Assembly (NCBI GenBank): GCA_024276015.1
Contig: JAJRXZ010000004.1
Span: 20,216-84,215 of the forward strand
DNA: 64,000 nucleotides
Direction of reading: 5' to 3'
DNA from: Spirochaetota bacterium
GTDB lineage: Bacteria; Spirochaetota; UBA4802; UBA5550
Both the position numbers and the translations under genes were made by a program. This document shows positions 58,111-64,000 of the stretch, piece after piece (position 1 is the first letter of the stretch; the number at the start of each line of letters is the position of its first letter). Under the pieces are notes generated by a model. That model made no database searches. It was not told the DNA's origin and worked only from the letters and a program-made list of their open reading frames with translations.

Positions 58111-58365
58111 AGTTTTCTATTACTGAATTATCAAAATAATACCATAGTATTCAACAGTTGAGATTAAATTTATAAGAGATCAAGTTTTTTTCTGTTTAGT
58201 TTCGCAATAAATACTTTTAATGTATGCAAAGAACAGTATCAGTAAATAGTATTTGATTATTCGACGATAATTATATTTGTGAAAAATTAAAATATTTTAT
58301 ATAATTAATATTAAAAAATGCTTGGAAAATTACGCAATATAACTTTACAATGACCAAATATTTAG

Positions 58366-58403
58366 CTTAAGTAAATATTCACATATATAAATATTTACTT
58401 AAG
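58366..58403. promoter_or_regulatory. perfect 14-bp inverted repeat, candidate operator of the liu operon
   Basis: CTTAAGTAAATATT (58366-58379), a 10-nt spacer, then AATATTTACTTAAG (58390-58403). It lies 60 nt upstream of the ATG at 58464. Confidence 0.45.
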
Positions 58404-58463
58404 TGTCAATTGATTTTAACTGAAAAACAGTATTTTCCAGCTCAATTTAAGGAGCAATTAAAT

Positions 58464-60068
58464 ATGATACTTAAAAGTTCTATAAACAGAAATTCGCCCG
58501 AATATAAAAGCAACAGTGATGCAATGACTGCTCTTGTTGCGGATCTGAAACAGAAGGTTTCGCTTATAATTCAGGGCGGCAATGAAAAGGCGCGGGCAAA
58601 GCATACAGGCAGAAACAAGCTCCTGCCAAGGGAGCGGATCCGCCGGCTTCTCGATGCGGGCGCTCCTTTTCTTGAGCTGTCGCAATTTGCGGCATGGGGG
58701 ATGTATAACAACGAAGTGCCGGCTGCGGGGATAATTACCGGTATAGGACGTGTGGCGGGGCAGGAGTGCGTAATAATTGCAAATGACGCTACTGTAAAGG
58801 GAGGTTCCTATTTCCCTCTGACTGTTAAAAAACACCTGCGGGCTCAGGAAATTGCCGAGGAAAATCATCTGCCATGTATATATCTGGTAGATTCGGGCGG
58901 AGCCAATCTTCCTGAGCAGGATGAAGTTTTTCCGGACTCCAAACATTTCGGGCGGATCTTTTACAATCAGGCAAATATGTCGGCAAAGGAGATCCCTCAG
59001 ATAGCGGTAGTTATGGGTTCCTGTACTGCAGGCGGCGCCTATGTTCCTGCAATGGCCGATGAAAGCATTATTGTAAAAAATCAGGGAACCATCTTTCTTG
59101 GAGGCCCGCCCCTTGTTAAGGCTGCAACAGGCGAAGTTGTCAGCGCAGAGGATCTGGGCGGAGCAGATGTACACTGTCGTATCTCCGGAGTAACAGACCA
59201 TTATGCCCTGAATGACGTACATGCTCTTGGCATTACAAGGCGGATCGTGAAGAGCCTCAACAGAGTTAAACGTCCCGATCTGGAGATCCGTAAACCTATG
59301 GAACCGCTTTATGACCCGACTGAACTTTACGGAGTTGTGCCTGCGGATATACGAAAACCCTATGATGTGCGGGAGGTTATTGCCCGTATTGTTGACGGAA
59401 GCATGTTTGATGAATTCAAAAAACTCTATGGAGAAACAATGGTGTGCGGCTTTGCCCATATTTTCGGATATCCTGTGGGGATCCTGGCAAACAACGGCAT
59501 ATTATTTTCCGAATCGGCAATTAAGGGGGCTCATTTCGTGCAGATATGCTCACAGAGGGGCATCCCTCTTATTTTTCTTCAAAATATATCGGGCTTCATG
59601 GTCGGAAGCAAATATGAAGCCGGAGGAATTGCCAAAGACGGTGCTAAACTGGTTACTGCAGTGGCCTGTTCACGGGTGCCAAGATTTACCGTAATTATAG
59701 GCGGCAGTTTCGGCGCCGGCAACTACGGTATGTGCGGCAGGGGATACAGCCCCAGGTTCCTCTGGATGTGGCCTAATGCCCGTATATCCGTAATGGGCGG
59801 CGAGCAGGCGGCAAACGTTCTGGCGCAGGTAAAGCGCGACAGTATGGAATTCAGAGGGGAGACCTGGTCAAAAGAAGAAGAGGAAGCCTTTAAGAAACCG
59901 ATAAGAGAGCAGTACGAAACTCAGGGACATCCTTACTATGCCAGCGCCAGACTGTGGGATGACGGAATAATAGACCCTGCCGATACAAGGATGGTGCTGG
60001 GTCTTGGAATTTCGGCATCATTAAATGCCCCAATAGAAAAGACAAAATTCGGTATATTCAGGATGTAA
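58464..60068 (+). CDS. liuB: methylcrotonyl-CoA carboxylase, carboxyltransferase (beta) subunit
   Basis: ATG at 58464 after AAGGAG. Carboxyltransferase pattern ([34 protein letters not shown]) and operon context. Confidence 0.88.
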   Translation: MILKSSINRNSPEYKSNSDAMTALVADLKQKVSLIIQGGNEKARAKHTGRNKLLPRERIRRLLDAGAPFLELSQFAAWGMYNNEVPAAGIITGIGRVAGQECVIIANDATVKGGSYFPLTVKKHLRAQEIAEENHLPCIYLVDSGGANLPEQDEVFPDSKHFGRIFYNQANMSAKEIPQIAVVMGSCTAGGAYVPAMADESIIVKNQGTIFLGGPPLVKAATGEVVSAEDLGGADVHCRISGVTDHYALNDVHALGITRRIVKSLNRVKRPDLEIRKPMEPLYDPTELYGVVPADIRKPYDVREVIARIVDGSMFDEFKKLYGETMVCGFAHIFGYPVGILANNGILFSESAIKGAHFVQICSQRGIPLIFLQNISGFMVGSKYEAGGIAKDGAKLVTAVACSRVPRFTVIIGGSFGAGNYGMCGRGYSPRFLWMWPNARISVMGGEQAANVLAQVKRDSMEFRGETWSKEEEEAFKKPIREQYETQGHPYYASARLWDDGIIDPADTRMVLGLGISASLNAPIEKTKFGIFRM

Positions 60069-60072
60069 TATT

Positions 60073-60864
60073 ATGAATGAAAAAACCATAATGATTGATG
60101 TTGATGAGAAGGGCAGGGCAACCGTAACTTTAAATAGGCCTGCTATGCACAATGCCTTTGACGATTCCCTTATAGCTCTGCTGACCGATGAATTAAAGCG
60201 GTTAGATAGGGACTCGAATATACGCGTTGTTGTGCTGGCTGCAAAGGGCAAGAATTTTTCTGCAGGAGCCGATCTGAACTGGATGAAGCGTATGGCCGGT
60301 TATTCCCTTGAGGAAAATCTTGAAGATGCAAAAAAACTTGCGCACTTGATGAAAACTCTTAACGGGCTGTCAAAGCCTGTAATTGCAGCGGTGCAGGGAG
60401 CGGCATTCGGCGGCGGAGTTGGTCTTGTTGCATGCTGCGATATTGTAATTGCAAGCACGCGGGCAAGTTTTTCCCTTTCGGAAGTTAAGCTGGGGCTCAT
60501 TCCTTCTGTGATCTCCCCCTATGTTGCGGATGCAATTGGCAGCCGTGCCGCAAGGCGTTATTTTCTTACAGGAGAGCGTTTCAGCGCAGAGGAAGCATAC
60601 AGGCTGGGACTGGTAAATGAAGTTGTAGAGGAAGATGAATTAAATTCTGCTGTTGAAAAGATCTGTCATATTCTTCTTCAGAACGGGCCCGAAGCGATCG
60701 GTGAGGCTAAAAAACTGATCGCCTCGGTTTCGCGCGGCAATATCGACGAGAATATGATCAACAGAACGGCTCACTGGATTGCAGAAGTGCGTGCGTCTCA
60801 CGAGGGAAGGGAAGGCCTTTCGGCATTTCTGGAAAAACGCAAACCCAATTGGATCAGAGGATAG
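60073..60864 (+). CDS. liuC: methylglutaconyl-CoA hydratase (crotonase family)
   Basis: Crotonase motifs VVVLAAKGKNFSAGADL and AAVQGAAFGGG. It lies between the two MCC subunits. Confidence 0.82.
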   Translation: MNEKTIMIDVDEKGRATVTLNRPAMHNAFDDSLIALLTDELKRLDRDSNIRVVVLAAKGKNFSAGADLNWMKRMAGYSLEENLEDAKKLAHLMKTLNGLSKPVIAAVQGAAFGGGVGLVACCDIVIASTRASFSLSEVKLGLIPSVISPYVADAIGSRAARRYFLTGERFSAEEAYRLGLVNEVVEEDELNSAVEKICHILLQNGPEAIGEAKKLIASVSRGNIDENMINRTAHWIAEVRASHEGREGLSAFLEKRKPNWIRG

Positions 60865-60868
60865 CAAT

Positions 60869-62866
60869 ATGTTCGAAAAAATATTAATTGCCAACCGAGG
60901 TGAAATCGCCTGCCGCATTATTCGTACTGCAAAAAGACTTGGAATCGGAACAGTTGCCGTTTATTCCGATGCTGATGCCTCTTCAATGCATGCTGAGCTT
61001 GCTGACGAGGCCTGCCATATAGGACCTTCTCCGGCAAGGGAAAGTTATCTCAGAGCCGATCTTCTTATAGAGGCTGCCCTGAAGAGCGGAGCAGAAGCAG
61101 TGCATCCCGGATACGGTTTTATGTCGGAAAATGCAGACTTTGCAGAGGCCTGCAAAAAAGCCGGGCTTATCTTTATAGGCCCTCCGGCACAGGCTATTCG
61201 CGCAATGGGATCCAAGAGCGCTGCAAAAAAAATAATGGAGAAAGCGGGCGTTCCCCTGATCCCGGGCTATCACGGCGAGAACCAAGAGCCGGAACTTCTT
61301 CGGAAAGAAGCGGAAAAAACAGGTTATCCTTTGATGATCAAAGCCGTAATGGGCGGCGGCGGTAAGGGAATGCGCATTGTAATGAAAGAAAATGATTTCA
61401 GCAGCGCTCTCACTGCTGCGAGACGAGAGGCAATGGCTTCGTTTGGTGACGAGAGTGTACTCCTCGAAAAATATATATCCGGACCGCGTCACGTTGAAAT
61501 TCAGGTTTTTGCGGATAATCACGGTAATGCAGTCTATCTTTTTGAGAGAGATTGTTCCATCCAGCGCCGTCATCAGAAGATCATTGAGGAGGCTCCGGCG
61601 CCCGGAATGACTCAAAAGTTGAGGGAAAAGATGGGGGCTGCCGCGGTTGATGCTGCAAAGGCAAGAGCTTATACAGGAGCCGGTACAGTGGAGTTTCTTC
61701 TTGATGAAAGCGGCAATTTCTATTTTATGGAAATGAACACGCGACTTCAGGTGGAACACCCCGTTACTGAAATGATCACTTCAGTTGACCTTGTAGAGTG
61801 GCAATTGCGTGTGGCTTGCGGTGAGAAGCTTCCCTGCGGGCAGGAAGACCTGCATATCAGCGGCCATGCTGTTGAGGCGCGAATTTACGCAGAGGACCCT
61901 TCGAATAGTTTTCTTCCTTCAACAGGAAAACTCTTTTATCTCAGTACACCGAAGGAAAGCGGGAATGTTCGTATTGATACTGGAATCAGAGAAGGGGATG
62001 AAGTGAGCATGGAGTATGACCCCATGATCGCAAAACTTATAGTATGGGATGTTGACAGAAGTTCCGCTGTTCGGAGGCTTCACAGAGCTCTCGGGGAATA
62101 TCATGCGGCCGGAGTAACAACCAACGTAGAATTCCTGCGGAGAGTAACGGAACATCCGCTTTTCAGTTCCGGCGGTTATGATACCGGTTTTATTGAACAG
62201 CATGAATCTGAACTTTTTCCTGCGCGGCAGAAAGCTCCGGATCGGATTTTAGCTCTTGCCGCATTGTATATTATGCTGAGCATAGCGCCGAATAGAGAGG
62301 ACTCCGATAATTCCGGCGATCCCTATTCCCCGTGGAATATGACCCACGGGTGGAGGTTGAACTGCCGGAGCTTTCACGAGATATCTTTTATTGACGGTGA
62401 TTCCGATGTTACTGTAAAAGTTCATTACAGGGAGAAGGGATATCAACTGGAACTGCCGTCAGGAGAAATGGCGGTATGGGGACGGCTGGATGGCGAAGGT
62501 ATTGTCAATGCCGATCTCGGAGGGGCATTGACAAAAGCCAGTGTTATCCGAAACGGAGCTGAGATCATATTGATGACATTGGGGGCGAGATATCGTCTTA
62601 TTCATACAGATCCCTTTGCGCAGTTTGAAGAGCAGGACGATACCGGCGGCAGTCTGACGGCTCCCATGCCCGGGAGGATTATTGAAGTTATGGTTAAGGA
62701 AGGAGACGCAGTAAAAAGAGGAGACTCCTTATTGACTATGGAAGCTATGAAAATGGAACATACAATAAAAGCCCCCGGTGACGGGAAAGTGGTGGAACTG
62801 AAATACGCCGTTGGCGATCAGGTAAACGAAGGAGAAAAACTTCTGATATTTGAGGTTAATGAATAA
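60869..62866 (+). CDS. liuD: methylcrotonyl-CoA carboxylase, biotin carboxylase/BCCP (alpha) subunit
   Basis: The ATG at 60869 gives MFEKILIANRGEIACRIIRT. ATP-grasp. C-terminal biotinylation motif EAMKMEH. The track ORF start at 60779 is an upstream extension. Confidence 0.9.
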   Translation: MFEKILIANRGEIACRIIRTAKRLGIGTVAVYSDADASSMHAELADEACHIGPSPARESYLRADLLIEAALKSGAEAVHPGYGFMSENADFAEACKKAGLIFIGPPAQAIRAMGSKSAAKKIMEKAGVPLIPGYHGENQEPELLRKEAEKTGYPLMIKAVMGGGGKGMRIVMKENDFSSALTAARREAMASFGDESVLLEKYISGPRHVEIQVFADNHGNAVYLFERDCSIQRRHQKIIEEAPAPGMTQKLREKMGAAAVDAAKARAYTGAGTVEFLLDESGNFYFMEMNTRLQVEHPVTEMITSVDLVEWQLRVACGEKLPCGQEDLHISGHAVEARIYAEDPSNSFLPSTGKLFYLSTPKESGNVRIDTGIREGDEVSMEYDPMIAKLIVWDVDRSSAVRRLHRALGEYHAAGVTTNVEFLRRVTEHPLFSSGGYDTGFIEQHESELFPARQKAPDRILALAALYIMLSIAPNREDSDNSGDPYSPWNMTHGWRLNCRSFHEISFIDGDSDVTVKVHYREKGYQLELPSGEMAVWGRLDGEGIVNADLGGALTKASVIRNGAEIILMTLGARYRLIHTDPFAQFEEQDDTGGSLTAPMPGRIIEVMVKEGDAVKRGDSLLTMEAMKMEHTIKAPGDGKVVELKYAVGDQVNEGEKLLIFEVNE

Positions 62867-62886
62867 ACCGGTTTTACCGGTTTATT
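62862..62886. terminator. bidirectional hairpin between convergent liuD and the HMG-CoA lyase gene
   Basis: AATAAACCGG (62862-62871) / CCGGTTTATT (62877-62886), a 10-bp stem with a 5-nt loop. It overlaps the liuD stop codon. Confidence 0.5.
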
Positions 62887-62898
62887 CATTAATAGGTT

Positions 62899-63894
62899 TT
62901 ATTTATTAAGGATCCCCTTTTCTTTGTCGTATTCTATACCTTTATGGGGCACGGGGCCTGCATTGATAAAATTTGACCTGAGCTGCCGTCCCAGAATTTC
63001 TTCGGATTTTTTCCCCAGAGCGATCATCTTGTCAATATCAATACCTGTGGAAACACCCATCTCTTCAAACATCCCAACGAGATCTTCGGTACAGGTATTG
63101 CCGGCGTACCCTCGGTGATAATCTGCCGCGCCTGTTTTTGGCTGGCCTCCGATTGCTCCGAGAGAAGAATCGAAGTGTATAAATCCGTATGTAAGGGCGG
63201 TTAAGGAGTTTGCCACTCCCCAGCCGCGCGTATCGTGAAAGTGAACTACAACCTCTTCGGTTGTAAATCCCTCGGACAGGACATATTCGTAAAATCTGCT
63301 TACCTGTACCGGATTTGACGAGCCCGTAGTGTCTCCGAATCCTATGATAGTAGCGCCGGCATTTTTCCACCATTTGCCCAGGGCAATTGCGTCTTCGGGA
63401 GCAACGTCTCCTTTAATGGGGCAGCCGAAAGATGTGAGAGCCCATCCGAAAACTTTATGGCCCGAATCAAGGGCCAGGCGGATCATCTTTTCCGCGAGGC
63501 GTTTGTTTTCATCGTGGTTCATTCCCACATTGGCCAGGTTATGAGCTTCGCTTGTGGAAATAACGAGGACGATCTCGTCCACTCCGAAGCCCTCTTTCTT
63601 TGATGCAATTGCTCTTTCAACAGCTTTAACTGTGGTGCAGATGCCTCTGTAGTCTACATTATCCCTGCGGGGGATCCTCCTCAGCAATTCTTCCGCATCG
63701 GCAAACTGAGGGAGGTATTTAGGATGGGCAAAACTTGTAGCTTCAATTTTTGTAAAACCTGCTTCCACCATTCCTGTGATCATCTCAACCTTATGTTCAA
63801 GAGAAACAACCTTTGCTTCATTCTGAAGTCCGTCGCGGGCCCAGCATTCGCCCATGACTATTTTTTTTGGGAAGTTTATTTGATGTAATTTCAT
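62899..63894 (-). CDS. liuE: hydroxymethylglutaryl-CoA lyase-like protein
   Basis: ECWARDGLQNE at the N-terminus and HFHDTRGWGVANSL (DRE-TIM metallolyase motifs). Confidence 0.85.
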   Translation of the reverse strand: MKLHQINFPKKIVMGECWARDGLQNEAKVVSLEHKVEMITGMVEAGFTKIEATSFAHPKYLPQFADAEELLRRIPRRDNVDYRGICTTVKAVERAIASKKEGFGVDEIVLVISTSEAHNLANVGMNHDENKRLAEKMIRLALDSGHKVFGWALTSFGCPIKGDVAPEDAIALGKWWKNAGATIIGFGDTTGSSNPVQVSRFYEYVLSEGFTTEEVVVHFHDTRGWGVANSLTALTYGFIHFDSSLGAIGGQPKTGAADYHRGYAGNTCTEDLVGMFEEMGVSTGIDIDKMIALGKKSEEILGRQLRSNFINAGPVPHKGIEYDKEKGILNK

Positions 63895-64000
63895 AGTAAC
63901 TTTTTATTGATCCTGCTTAGTATTTTTCTTAATTATTAAGATAATTGCTTAGTACAAAGAAACGTTTTGCTCTGTAAATAAGCAATTCACCATGAGCCTG

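Noticed and set aside
58458-61759. Long minus-strand ORFs of 333 aa (58458..59459) and 258 aa (60983..61759).
   Set aside because: They are antisense to liuB and liuD in the GC-richer block, where stop codons are rare. No motifs are present.

Overview
This is 64 kb of a low-GC bacterial chromosome. The lineage cannot be named from sequence alone. A CIRCE operator, Rex, a split archaeal-type glutamate synthase and many Fe-S/flavodoxin genes suggest an anaerobic, non-proteobacterial organism. I support about 50 protein genes. In order: moaC (partial); groES-groEL; a STAS/GHKL ATPase plus DUF4325 cassette heading three unknown genes; a GNAT; a SPOR protein; rex-serC-serA; DUF1015; split GOGAT; nadE; a B12-riboswitch-controlled cobU-S-C-T-Q-cbiB-cobD operon; an 11-CXXCH multihaem protein with an embedded beta-propeller; vWA; MATE; signalling genes (two hybrid kinases, NarL-type RR, GGDEF, MCP, CheW, MBL+CNB protein); PFK; acyl-CoA dehydrogenase; an ADP-forming acetyl-CoA synthetase broken by two in-frame TAA codons; and a liuBCD + HMG-CoA lyase cluster. 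I saw no transposase, integrase, CRISPR array, rRNA or tRNA. The most interesting unexplained signals are: (1) a family of four conserved 50-105 nt elements, plus one degenerate copy, all in the same orientation and 19-63 nt upstream of + strand start codons of unrelated operons; (2) a GC-rich, gene-free island of about 290 nt with nested and mutually exclusive helices downstream of serA; (3) two Rex boxes that tie rex-serC-serA and DUF1015 to redox control; (4) a STAS-GHKL/DUF4325 cassette leading a block of unknown genes; (5) two decayed genes. All function calls come from reading motifs by eye. No database search was run.
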